Assembly: GCF_001194135.2 (NCBI RefSeq)
Contig: NC_068986.1
Location: 114,425,841 to 114,489,840, forward strand
Direction of reading: 5' to 3'
Length of the DNA: 64,000 nt
From: Octopus bimaculoides
Taxonomy: Eukaryota
Within the stretch, counting starts at the first letter, position 1, and each line of letters opens with the position of its first letter. This document shows, one piece after another, positions 12,881 through 25,169 of this stretch. The notes under the pieces are model-generated. The model worked only from the letters and a program-made list of their open reading frames with translations. It made no database searches and was not told where the DNA came from. The translations under genes and the position numbers were made by a program.

Positions 12881-13734
12881 AAGTACCAAACTTTGCATAG
12901 AAAAGTGTTACATACACAAAACATAGCAAATTTGAGTATCAATACAAATATATAGAATATCTTAAAAAGAGAAAATATATTTACTTTAGCTTATATTTTA
13001 TTAAAAAATATCTTCTTTATTAATTGTCTCATTATACCTATTCCTTATTCTATCACAAAGTTATTGTGGTGAATTCCACTTCGTGAAGTTAATGTCTTGG
13101 AGTAAAGATTTAGATCTCATTAGAGCACCTAAGGTAAATGATTTCAAAGATGCGAAATTTTAAACTTTTATGTTGTTGAATAAGAAGAAAACACTTTCAG
13201 CAGTTACTGAGAAACGAGGCAGTGAAAGAAGGTTAATCATAAATTTTAACAATAAAGAGAAGCAATATACGTTTGAAATATGCTAAACCAAAATTTTTCA
13301 GGAATTATTTCTGCATTAGGAGATTGATCTTGCAATATTAACTCCTTTCTGTCCTTTATTAATTCGTTGATAATTTTCTTCATGGACGAGATTGGAGAAT
13401 AATCATAACTAATGAGATAATTGAGTTTGGTCCTCCCTTGTTATCACTGATGGAGTCAAACGCCTCAAGCATCTCCAATTTAACAAACAGTTCACAAAAG
13501 TAAAAAGTGCTGAAAAATTGAATTTTTAGGCAAGCAGATATTTCAAATATTTACTCGAAATTTTTGCAGTTATTTGAGGGAACTGTTTGTTGAATTATCC
13601 AGATAAATGTTTTCTACTGTTGAACCACAATAAATGTCAACTAACATGAAATATTTCAAAAATTCATCAACGCGAATTCTATGTATTTTATGTATGCATG
13701 TAAGTATGTATGTAAACCAAGATATCTTGCCAAT

Positions 13735-15560
13735 AGAGAAAGGACCGGTTTCTAACCTAGATCCAAGGCTCTTCATCATTGGAATTTCAACATCAACAAC
13801 ACGGTATTTTTGTATGCATATATATGTGCAGATTTGTATGTTTTGTTTTATGTATGTCTTCTTATGCATATACTTGCATATCTAGACGTGCTCATACATA
13901 CTTAGATGGTAAACTTCTGGAACGTTTTACAGATTTTTACAGTTCCAATGATGGATTGGATTTGTAGTCTTCAAATCAGCTTTCTCCTTTCTGGTTTTGA
14001 GAAGCCTAATTTCTCAAGATTGGTATTTAGGTAGTGTGTTACATATCCCAGGGCCCCAATAATTACAGGTATAAACATGAACTTGTAATCCGGATAGAGT
14101 AACTGTAGATTTCTCAATAATTCAGTGCAGGTGTTTTCTTTTTCACTGACCTTCAGCTTTATGTTAACATCTGCTGGGCTGCTGATTTCCACAACTATGC
14201 ACAGTTTCTCTTCTCTATCCCAAATCATTATATCAGTTCTGTTGTGCTTACATTTTGTTGGGGTTTTCACTGGAACATTCTACCAGTACTCCTTTTTATT
14301 GAGTGGCTATGGCATTCTACCATACTGTGGGTTCTTATTTCTTTGTCCTAGGGTTTATCCTTCCGACGTGTTTCATTATATAGTGACTTAGCTACAAATC
14401 ATGTCTCATCGGTAGATAATACCGTGATAACATTTTCTGACAATTGCTTATGATGTGGGTGATATCTTCGGTGTTAACTCCACAAAGTCTGTATCGGTTG
14501 TCACATTTTACTGCTTTTCCTGCATCTCTATCCTTTTTGTACATCAGGTATTTATTTGGTTGATATTTCCTGTTCCTGATTGCAAACGCATACCCTTCAA
14601 AGTGGGAGGTAGTAATCGGGTTATTGGTCCACGATAGACTGTTTTGATTATCAATGTTACTATCATCTCTGAGCTTTCTAGTAACATATCCCAGCATAGT
14701 CTTCTGCTCGTATAGTCTCATCCTTTCATCTGATGATACGTTGCGGTAGAGTCGTGCAACTTCTTTGGGCATGTATTCTAGGTTATCAGACAAAGAGTGT
14801 TGATGAAGGAGCTGCCTTCCAAGTCTTATGATATTATCAGCCTCATGTATGCAAACTTGGTCAAGGAATGGACTTCGATACTCGGTGGTTAAAAGATGTT
14901 GCCGAAGGGATATGATGCGACATTCAAAGGCATTTTGGATCGACCTTAAGCCTCTTCCACCTTGTTTTCGTTTTAGGTAGAGGCGGTCTACGTCACTGTT
15001 TATGTGGAAATTATGTGTGCTTGTTAGTACTTTCCGGGTTTTCACATCAATGACTCGGATCTCATCAAGCTTCCAATCAAACAGCCCAAATGTTGGTATG
15101 CATCCTGGCAATGCAAACACATTGTGGGCCATTGCTTTATTGAATGCAGAGAGTTCTGAGGTCTAGATTTTCTTTATTCGACTGTAATATTCTTTAGTGA
15201 CACGTGTTTTGTTACAGGTGCCATTGTAAGATAAGTTTTCATCCACCTCTAGATACCTGTAACATTCCTCATCAGATATAGGGGAAACAATTAAGTCATT
15301 GATGGAGATGTTGCTTGTCTAGTTTACAGCTTTCCCCTTTTTACAATCATATAACATTTATCCTGACCAAATTCCAACCCTACATCTTTTGAGAATGTTG
15401 TAACCAGGTCAAGGCTCTTTTTTATCTTGTGCATATTATTTGCATTAAGTTTCATGTCATCCACAAAGAAACAGTGTGTAATTTTGGTATTTCTGTTTCC
15501 TTGTGAACCAGTGCGATATCCTTCTAACTTCCTTAACATGAATGACAAGGAATTCACAGA
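13735..15560 (-). mobile_element. 5'-truncated R4/Dong-clade non-LTR retrotransposon (RT + CCHC + restriction-like endonuclease), inactivated
   Basis: ITHCFFVDDMKL (RT motif), SDVDRLYLKRKQGGRGL, RLCGVNTEDITHIISNC (zinc knuckle), RHD, HNRTDIMIWD...IVVEISSP and FIPVIIGALG (RLE) in the correct order, with frameshifts. Confidence 0.92.
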
Positions 15561-15579
15561 AAATAAATGTGTATATATG

Positions 15580-15613
<34 letters not shown>

Positions 15614-15689
15614 CATGCATGTATGTATGTATGTATATATGTATGTATGTATTTACTAACAATATATGTATGTATGCATTTACTAACAA

Positions 15690-15770
15690 ATATAGTGCAC
15701 CAATTATCTTTGGTATAAATGTGAATTTATAATCTAGGTATAGAAGCTGAAGGATTAGAAGCAATATACG
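15690..15770 (-). mobile_element. Small additional R4/Dong-like RLE C-terminal fragment
   Basis: LQLLYLDYKFTFIPKIIGAL closely matches LQLLYPDYKFMFIPVIIGAL of the adjacent copy. Confidence 0.65.
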
Positions 15771-17099
15771 TTGCTGTTCTCTTTCTCTTTGGTTTTCGAA
15801 GGCATATTTACATCATCAGTAAGGCAGCTGATCTCTATGATGGTACATACTTTTTCTTGTCTATCCGAAACAACGATTCAGAGGGATTCTGAAATGTAAT
15901 GGCTTTTTAAATTTAAAATATCGCAATAAATCAAAAGAGGATTCGATAATTTTAAAAGAATTCTATTAGATTTTAAAAATTAAACATTAAAAAAGATTAT
16001 AAATTATTTATTTGATTGCTGTAAATATACATACATATATATATATATATCTTTTTTATGTTCAAGCTTTAGGTTTCTCTGATTTAAAGGACGTTCAATA
16101 CTTGCCCCTCCCTACAAGCTTAGGTGGGGCCTGATCCATAGCCCATATTTGTCCTTACATAAATCCAGCCCTTCATGGGGGCCTTGTACAATTTCATGTG
16201 GACAGGGCACTCTAAGTCAATTTCTACTCACGGTAGTTTATAAATTATAATTTGAAGGTATTTCGAAAATAAAAACTGGTAATAATATTAGTGAGATTAA
16301 CAAAATGAATAGCCAATCAAAGTTAGTAATAAGATTATTTGTGTGTATTTAAATAAGAGTTACTATTGACAAATACAACAATATAATCATATTCACAGTT
16401 AAAACATAATTTTATTGAATAATACAACCTAGCCGAAAATTTGAAAACTTATTAAGTCTAATTAGCATATTTGAGATTTGAATATATAAATGGCTAATTT
16501 GCATATTTAATTGAATATTGACTTGGGTGTTCTTTGAAAGTAAAAGAAGAAAAAAGGCAAGTTAGTAGAAATAACCAGCATGCCAGTGTACTACTGACAG
16601 AAATTTAGGTATTTCATGTTTTATATATTCGGGTAAAATTTCTTTTGTAGGATCTATCTTTAAGTCTTTTATACAAATACGCAATAAATTACACGCTTGA
16701 TTTGTTTATAAATTCAAAACAAAACTTATAAAATGTGTGATACCTGATGTATTTTTTACTCAATTTATATGCCACTCGGGTTTAAAATTACACAAAGAAT
16801 TATTTTTCACCCAAATTACATTTCAATGTAGATTACGCTATATATATATATATTTATGTCACATTGCCTTAACTACAAATCATGTTTTCCAATGTATGTG
16901 AAATGTTCACCAAATGAAATTTGTTATACAATCTTTCAAATACAATCAGTTTTATATACGTCCGAAGTATTTGAATTTTGGGCGTGCTGACCTACTAAAA
17001 ACGAGACAGCCAGCATTTTTGTCAACGGTTTTATCCTTATCGCTAAGAGATAACCAATATTTCCGTCAACAGTTTTTTTTTTCTTATGATTGTCGTGGT

Positions 17100-17650
17100 G
17101 CAGCATTTGTCTAAATATCTCTTTTGTTAATCGATCACATTATTCACATATAGATGTTCATTGGCATACTTATAAGCAGACGAAGTCTAGTATTTCCGAT
17201 ATAGGCTTTGTCTTGATCGTATTCAATCTGATAAACCACTTAAGATCGTAAGTTTTTGTCCACATTGTTGATCAGACAATTATCCAGGATGTAAACATTG
17301 TTAAAATCAGCTGTTCGTTTATTCGATCGGTTATTGATATTGTTGTTGTTTATACCCAAGTAATATCTGATAGAGCACATCTCTAATTAAAAAATGTTCT
17401 CACTGGGACCACTCCAGATTTAATTCAGACTCTGAGCCCATGACTACATTATCTAATATGATCGTCCTAATTTAAGAGAACACAGAAACATTGAAAGAGA
17501 TTTTGCAAGATGGTACTCCACATAAAGATTCCATGAGTGTTCGCTTTTAATGAATAATATTTTTAAGGGAAGGTCGTTAATAGGTTATATATATATTCAA
17601 AACTTCCTTAAAGATTGTGTCTAATTACACGAAATTATATTAAGAAACAA
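17100..17650 (-). mobile_element. Decayed Penelope-like fragment with GIY-YIG motif
   Basis: Minus strand VVYQIEYDQDKAYIGNTRLRL at ~17180-17240 (VVY...YIG spacing); upstream thumb-like remnants are weak. Confidence 0.4.
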
Positions 17651-17877
17651 ATACTATAGAGTGACTCGCTTTGTTTGTTTGTTTGTATCATTTCCCTATT
17701 CGATAGCAGAAGGCCGGGTCAGCAAAGCACAACAAATGTTTAGCATTTATTTGCCTTCCTTTACATTCTAAATTGAAACTACTCAGTAATCCATGTTGCC
17801 TTTCATCATTCCTGAAGCTAGAAACACGCAAACACCAGGCAGTGATGTTAAAGGAGATAGTAGATTTAATTCGTTAC

Positions 17878-17978
17878 CCTGTTTAACACCACCAATTGGA
17901 CTGCAAGTATTTGGGGTTAAGTCCCATGTTTGGAAATATCTTCCTCTTTCCCTACCTCCCATCAGATTTAGAAGCTTT
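17878..17978 (-). CDS. Candidate 101-bp exon (KLLNLMGGRERGRYFQTWDLTPNTCSPIGGVKQ), unidentified
   Basis: Acceptor ccctttag|A and donor AGG|gtaacg with one open frame. No recognisable homology. Confidence 0.12.
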
Positions 17979-18704
17979 CTAAAGGGTCACAGGCGGTGTC
18001 TGTCCTCCCTGACTTACAAATACAAGAGACCATAGAAAACGATTTATAAAAATATACCCCACCCTTCCAAATCGGTTTTGACATTGCGTCCATGCAGGAT
18101 ATTCTTTATGTTTCATCTTTAACTTCGTAGTCTGATACATAATTCTTGCTTTATTATACCAAATAAAATTTTCATGATCGGCTCATATAGAAACAAATCT
18201 TCACCAAAATCTCCAATGGTGCCGTACTGCTTATGATACCCTTGATCTAACGTAGAGAGCGGGCCTTTTTTCCGAACATGCAGTCCAAAATTATGACATT
18301 AGAAGTACCACTCTCGATTGTCGGATTCAGACACTGCGTTAAATTATCCCGTACAATGTGGGACGTATGATCAGCTGTTTGCTCGAACAAATTCAAATTC
18401 GATTCATGAAGCCCACAGGACTTTTTACCATTCTGACGATGTTCAATTCATAACTGACAAATAATTGCGGGCATTTCAGTTTACAGAAAAATATTTTCAT
18501 TTTCTTTTACACACAGCTTTACTCGATTTTGGATGGTAGTGACAACAATTTACTTTCTTTGTGAATTACCCGAAAATGCAACAGCAACCAAAGTTTAAAT
18601 AAATTTGTGTGCGTACGTGTATATATATAGGTGTGTTTGTGTATATATGTGTATGTATATATATATGTGTGTGTGTATACCCATATATGCATGTGTATAT
18701 ATAC

Positions 18705-18742
<38 letters not shown>

Positions 18743-18834
18743 ATTTATGTGNNNNNNNNNNGTACATGTGTGCATATATATATATATATATATATTATTA
18801 TTTGAATGAACGCCACGCATCCATTTCCGGATCC

Positions 18835-19030
18835 TATAAAATTCAAATGTTTACTGCACAAATTTCTTCAAAAAATCCCGGACCAACCTCCTACACCTGA
18901 ATATGTCTCCAACAACAATAACTTTTTGCTAGAGTGGGCAATGGTGCTCCATAGATGACTAAAAGACTTCACCAGGTGGTGCTATTAAGTTAGACATGGC
19001 CTGGGCCCATACCGACCGAAACCTGTCAAA
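18835..19030 (+). mobile_element. 3' terminal fragment of a CR1/L2-like LINE
   Basis: KFKCLLHKFLQKIPDQPPTPEYVSNNNNFLLEWA resembles the FKxxLDxFLxxIPDxP C-terminus of CR1-group ORF2, followed by a short GC-rich 3' UTR. Confidence 0.45.
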
Positions 19031-20263
19031 GTTCTCAAAGTGTGTGTGTAGAGAGAGAGAGAAAGAGAGAAAGTATAAAGAGAGATACATTAATTCATAC
19101 ATACATTGGTACATATATATTTGAGTAACGATATTATAGAAATCAGTGTTTTTGAGCATAAGACTAGTAATGAATATAGAGTTTCAGTTGTGCGCTGCCC
19201 TTGACTAGAGAGAGTGAAGAACAAACTGTTTCCTTGACCTTGTAAACTAATTAAAACGTTATTCTATTGAAATAGACTGCGCTATCATGTCTCTATTGGA
19301 AACGATGTGAAGGTCTCTCTTCATGGAGGTAATGTAAGTATAACTCGTTGTACTGATGTTTGTGAGCGGAAACTGGATGATGGGTGAGGGAGGAATCACC
19401 TACATAGGCGTGTATGTTATTAAAGGGGTCAGCAAGTATGTCGTTAATTTATAGAAGGGAGACTATGTAAGACATTACTGAATTTGCGGTACACTAGAGT
19501 TGACAGAATGTGGGTCAGAAAGAGAGAGAAAGACCCCTTAGGCACAGGCTGCAACGGTTCAGTCTGCCAGGAAATCTACGATCCAAATGATATATTATAT
19601 ATATACATACTAACACACCCAAACATACACTCAAGTGAGCATATACGCATACACACACACACACACACATACATACATACATACATGAAAATATTCATAA
19701 ATACATTCATACATACGTATGTACATATATACATACGTATGTAAGGGTCTCAATAAATACAGGCAACTGCAAGCACACAAGCTGTATGATGGAGTGATTT
19801 CAAGTTAACTTCCGTTGCAAATAAATCTTCATACAACACTTATTTAAACTCCCACCGTATTTCAATACCCTTTTATACACTCCCTCTCAGTCCCTTTCTC
19901 TCTCTCTCTCTCCTTGTACTATCTCTCTTCCTCTCCCTCGCATTCCTACCTCTCCCCATTCCACCGTCTCTCCTATCCACACCAACATAAACTACAATAA
20001 AATAGCTACGTCAAATTTCCTTTTAAAAAGAAAGAAAACATGGAAGGAAGGAAGGAAGAAAGGGAGGAAGGAAAGGCAGAGTAGGAACATAACAGGAAGA
20101 CAGGATGAAAGACGGTTAACCTCCCCTGTCCAACGACATCTCCGATTTTCTTTCTTTGTTTTTTTTATTCCTGCTAGGTGCAATCTAAACGTAAGAAGCT
20201 GGTAAAAACTTCCAAGATATGATGGATACATGTCTTTCATGTTCCTACACTGGTTCCTGACTT

Positions 20264-20477
20264 TTATAGCTGATGCTGTGGTGTGTATTTCTTGGTGTTC
20301 TTGTTGCTCTTCTTTATAATTCTACGGTGTGAACTAAAAGAACCCAGACGTTCCCTGGTTACATCAATGCAGCATGGCACGGCTGGAGGGAACGGCACTA
20401 GTATTAAGGTAGCGAAATCGTTGTGATATCTAGCTGATAGCTGATGAAGGGAGTGTCTCTCGAAGTGCAGGCCGTAA
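20264..20477 (-). CDS. Candidate exon in non-repetitive, GC-richer island (orientation uncertain)
   Basis: Minus: acceptor cttattttag|T then an open frame YGLHFERHSLHQLSARYHNDF...PQHQL*. Plus alternative: acceptor ttttatag|C at 20270 and donor AAG|gtagcg at 20408. Confidence 0.15.
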
Positions 20478-20525
20478 CTAAAATAAGTAGATTGTGTGTG
20501 TGTGTGTATGTGTGGACGCGCGCGA

Positions 20526-20561
<36 letters not shown>

Positions 20562-20655
20562 CAACAGCACAATTTCTGTCATACCTATTAAAAGCAAGCT
20601 TATATTTTTAGCTTTGCAAATATATTTATAATTCGTATATTGCTCTCTCTCTCTT

Positions 20656-20708
<53 letters not shown>

Positions 20709-20859
20709 TGCATGCAGACACACATACGCACATACCAAATCACAAATACTGACGTAATTTCTTCATTGTTAACGCATACGTTACACACCCACACACACAA
20801 AACATACATAAATGTATAAGCTACATACATGCACACATGCATTCGTGCGCACACACATA

Positions 20860-21040
20860 CATACATACATACATAAATACATACATACATACATATATAC
20901 ATACATAAATACATACATACATACATACATACATACATACATACATACATACATACATGCATACATACATACATGCATGCATACATACATACATACATAC
21001 ATACATACATACATACATACATACGTACGTACATACATAC
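20860..21040. repeat. (ATAC)n microsatellite
   Basis: Direct reading. Confidence 0.95.
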
Positions 21041-21346
21041 TCACAGACAGACAGACCTTTCTTATTCATGGTTCGCAGCCAGACGCACTGAAGGTTAAAT
21101 ATAAGTCTACTACTGCCTGCCTGTATTTTACTCTTTACTTATTTAACTATGACATTTTTGCTAATATTATTATTGTTGTTGCTGCTGGTTGCTGCTGTTG
21201 TTGTTGTTGTTATTATTATTTCGTAATTTCAAGGTTGTCTAGCTGCACTGTATGGTATGTGTGCGTGTGCCTGTATGTGTGTATGTGTGTGCGTGTGTGT
21301 GTGAATGTATGTATTTATGTATGTATACCTATATAGAAAAACATAT

Positions 21347-21388
<42 letters not shown>

Positions 21389-21396
21389 CGATAGAC

Positions 21397-21441
<45 letters not shown>

Positions 21442-21620
21442 TATAGATAGATAGATAAATAGATAGATAGATAGATAGATAGATAGATGCATATGTGGGG
21501 GTACAGGACGTCACCAACGATGCAAATAACAGGAAATGCGTAATATGTACGTATGTGTGTATGTATGTGTGTATGTATGTACGTACATCATTGATTGTTT
21601 GCCCAGCCAAAGATCTACAA

Positions 21621-21735
21621 TGTGCAAGACATTGTAGATCTTTGGCTGGGCTAAAAAGTCACATTCGATCACAGCACCGTTAAGTTAAGCTTCGTGCAAT
21701 GGCCATACTCGATAACGAGGGGGCAGCCATCATGT
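21621..21735 (+). mobile_element. Extremely 5'-truncated RTE-like LINE 3' end
   Basis: CARHCRSLAGLKSHIRSQHR* resembles the C-terminal C2H2-like motif of RTE ORFs, followed by a short UTR (tggccatactcgataacgagggggcagccatc) and a (TATG)n tail. Confidence 0.6.
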
Positions 21736-22519
21736 ATGTATGCATGTATATATGCATGTATGTATGTATGTATGTATGTATATTAATACACACACACAAA
21801 CACACACGAAGAAACGCGCACACAAATACATAAACTTTTATTTCTCCTATATTTTATTATAATCTCTTAATACATATATTGCTTGACTGAATTTTTAGGG
21901 GAGTTGTTCTTTCAGTTTCGATGTTAATTGTTATTCCTTTTGTTGTTATGACTCTTGTGGTTGTTCTTTGGTGGGATGGGTGTTTGGTTTGTCTCAGGGC
22001 CTTGAGTATGATGTGAAGTCGCTTGGAGTAAAATGCAAGCAGGTGTAATGTGCGTGATTAGATACATTAGGCACATTTCACTGTATCCCACACACACATG
22101 CACATATAATACATACGTCTGTGCTTGTGTGCGTGATACAGCGAAATAGTAATGTATTAAATAACAAACAACATAAATTTTTTATTTATTAAAATTATCT
22201 CCACCTCTAGAGGACATGTCACATTTACCAAATGACAATTAAGACCAGCTCTGTGTGAGAAATGGGGATAATCTCAAAAACAAGAATTCTCCAAATCTCG
22301 ACATGCCATTAAGGAAGAAGATATCTCAGTATCTGAAGATAAGAGAACAGTTGTGGACATGTGTTTCTCTCTCAACAGGTTTCATCAGTACGATATTTAT
22401 CCTACCCTCTCTATCTCTAGCAGCCAAAGGTCATGAATATAAACAAAAATAGTTGAGCACATTTATTTGTGAAGTAAGTTGCATATGATAAACAAAAATT
22501 AGCTATGAGAAATAACTCT

Positions 22520-22634
<115 letters not shown>

Positions 22635-23232
22635 TTCTTCCGTCTCCCACTTCTCTCGTATACTTTCATTTATTCAAAGTAGGTACTTCTACTAACAGTC
22701 GACTTCAGCAAAGCGGTCACCTTTAGGTGTAGGTTTTACTTGGTTTGGGCGATTGATAGAAGCGAAAATTTTGGGTCACATATTCACATATCAAAGTACA
22801 AACATTAGCATTATTATCCCTACTATTCTTACAAGTTATTACAAGTTACATTAGAAAGGATGATACCATGCGTTTTGGCGACAACAAACCTCCTCAAAAC
22901 GCAAGATTCTTTCTTAGGATTTCTGCAGTGCACAAGATTGTACCTGCTGCACATTGACATTGTGAGTCTCACTTCCTATAACCTTCAACCTCTTAGGTAG
23001 CAGTTTTAGATATGAGAAGGGCACCAGTTATCACAGGAATAACACTCATCTTATTCTTCTACAATCTCTTCATCTCTCTGACTATGTCTCGATATTTCTC
23101 AATTATTATGGTATCCACTCTATTATCATATGCTATTGCAAAGTCTATGATATTGAACTTCCAATCAGTTATTATTATTTTTTATTATTATCCTTATTAT
23201 TATTTGTTGTTGTTGTTGTTGTTGTTGTTGTT

Positions 23233-23456
23233 AAGGCGGTGAGCTGGCAGAATCGTTAGCACGCCGGGCGAAATGCTTAGCGGTATTTCGTCTGCCGCTA
23301 CGTTCTGGGTTCAAATTCCGTCGAGGTCGACTTTGCCTTTCACCCTTTCGGGGTCGATAAAATAAGTACCAGTTGCGTATTGGGAGTCGATCTAATCGAC
23401 TGCCCCCCTCCTCGCCCCGAATTTCAGGCTATGTGCCTGTAGTAGAAAAGATTATT
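23233..23456 (+). mobile_element. tRNA-derived SINE family A, full length
   Basis: aaggcggtgagctggcagaatcgttagc (A-box-like), gggttcaaattcc (B-box), gtcgactttgcctttc...gtcgataaaataagtaccag...gtcgatctaatcgact, ending attatt. Confidence 0.9.
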
Positions 23457-24293
23457 CTCAGGGAAACTCTGGGCGTTGATGAAGATCAACTAACCGGTCT
23501 GTTTCGGAGAACTTTCGGGCCTGGGACTATGGATAACTTCCAGAAATCCCTTGCCTGGCAGTGCTACTCAAGGGCGCTGCCTGTTCGAGATAAACTTTTC
23601 AGCCACGGAAGTGCCGTCAGCCAGGCCTGCCCGAGGTGCAGAACGATGAAACCGTTCTGCACGCCCTAGTCCAGTGCCCAAGTATTGCTGACCTGTCGGT
23701 TTATATCGAATACCTGCTGTCGCGTGTAGGACGGATCCGGCTATCAACTGAATCCATTGTAAAGATTGCTCCGCTGCCCTCTTTTGGCCGGGAGGGGAAG
23801 GTGATTTTTATTTGTGTAGTGGTTGTAGCGAAAGAGGTAGTATGGTGGATGCGTTTGAAAGGGCTAAAGACAGGCACTTTCCACTTTGGCCTAGCCCTCA
23901 TCAGCTTTTCAAGTTTCACTTGAAAAGGAAGTTGAGGGTGAAGAGGGAAGTGTTGCCTCGTAGCAAGTTTGTTGAAAAGTAGGTGAATGCTGGAAGAATG
24001 GCCAATGTGAAAGGACCAATTCTGAGTGTGCACCTGTAAACAAAAGAAGGGCTCTTGCCCTGCTGATCAGGAACCTGTGGCTTTTATGGATTTTTCCACG
24101 AGGTCCTTGAAGCACCTCCCCAATTCGGAGTTTTAAATTGCTTAATTTTTAATCGTTATTTGTATTGTTTACACGTTGTAAAACCCATTGTATCGTACTG
24201 TTTTTGTCTTTTATGTTGTTGTATGTGTTTTAATGTAGTTTTACGTAAGCTCTTGTGGCCAATAAACGAATTTATTATTATTATTATTATTAC

Positions 24294-24336
<43 letters not shown>
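23457..24336 (+). mobile_element. 5'-truncated Tx1/L1-clade LINE with CCHC zinc knuckle, 3' UTR and (ATT)n tail
   Basis: SLAWQCYSRALPVRDKL...ACPRC / NDETVLHALVQCP (frameshift near 23640), AKEVVWWMR, then AATAAA at 24261 and (ATT)n at 24272-24336. Confidence 0.87.
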
Positions 24337-24699
24337 TCAAAGATATATAACTATATCTTCTGTGTCTCCGAGTAAAAACTAATCCCCTCAGGCACTCACA
24401 CTTCTAACGAGAAACTGAGTCATTCTCGTTTTTGCAGACACAGAAACGCCTTGAACAACAAAATCTTAATTATTTTTATCAATACTAACAGAAACACTAC
24501 CCACCGGGCAATTTTTTTACTTGTCATCATAAGGATATACATTCTATGTGTGAGCGCACACGATTATGTCTGCAGCAAAGTGTGGGTGAAAAGACAGGCT
24601 CCTTTGGTGGTCCATTCTGTAGATTACATAGTTTGGAAGTGTTTTTCTTCCACACTACAAAGTCATGGCCACTTGAACGGTAGTTTGTTAGCTAGAATT

Positions 24700-25030
24700 T
24701 TATGCTGTTTCTCCAACTAGAATTGAGAATTTTTAGTTTGAGTGGATCGCCAAAATCTTTATTGATGTGGATAGTAATTAGAATGGTACAAACTTTTTGT
24801 TACTGGATCTATCATGTATTTTCTATGTTAGTTTTGAAAACACTATAATGGTTTTCATCCGTGTTTATTTTAATAGCCGTATTGTCTGATGTACTTATTT
24901 CGATGTATTTGTATCTATAGTATTCTATAGTTGCTCTCTCGGTTTGTTTGAATAACTACTGTAGATTAGTGTTTGTTTTATTCTGTAGATTTATTTATCT
25001 AGTTCTTCGTTTGTCCACAAATCAAGCTAT
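24700..25030 (-). mobile_element. Decayed Penelope-like thumb/linker fragment
   Basis: LWTNEELDK*IYRIKQTLIYSSYSNK resembles the PLE motif ExxRIKQTLxNNGYP. Confidence 0.3.
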
Positions 25031-25169
25031 GTAATCAATATGATAGAATAATCTTGCATGTGGATAATACATTTGGAAGACCGAGAAATTAAATGAAGAG
25101 CTTGAAAACAATAAACTCCGAACTAAAATTCAACATCCAGAGCAATACAAACAAAACGTCGAGTAATAT

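Noticed and set aside
16090-16230. GGGCC-rich segment resembling a hAT MITE end (aatccagccct)
   Set aside because: No matching left TIR or TSD found.
16455-16510. Tandem octamer-like motifs (ATTAGCAT, ATTTGCAT)
   Set aside because: Short AT-rich motifs in very AT-rich DNA; no snRNA gene or other support nearby.
18060-18500. Complex-looking sequence suspected to be a transposase
   Set aside because: The frames I translated gave no recognisable motif, and all have stops.
20444-20480. CTGATGA-A-GGGAG-tgt-CTCTC-GAAG hammerhead-like string
   Set aside because: It lacks GAAA and has no pairable stem I or stem III; probably chance.
20478-21610. MYV/HTY/YLSI-repeat ORFs (similar ones at 18519-18900, 48958-50800, 62483-63007)
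   Set aside because: Translations of ATAC, GATA and TG microsatellites.
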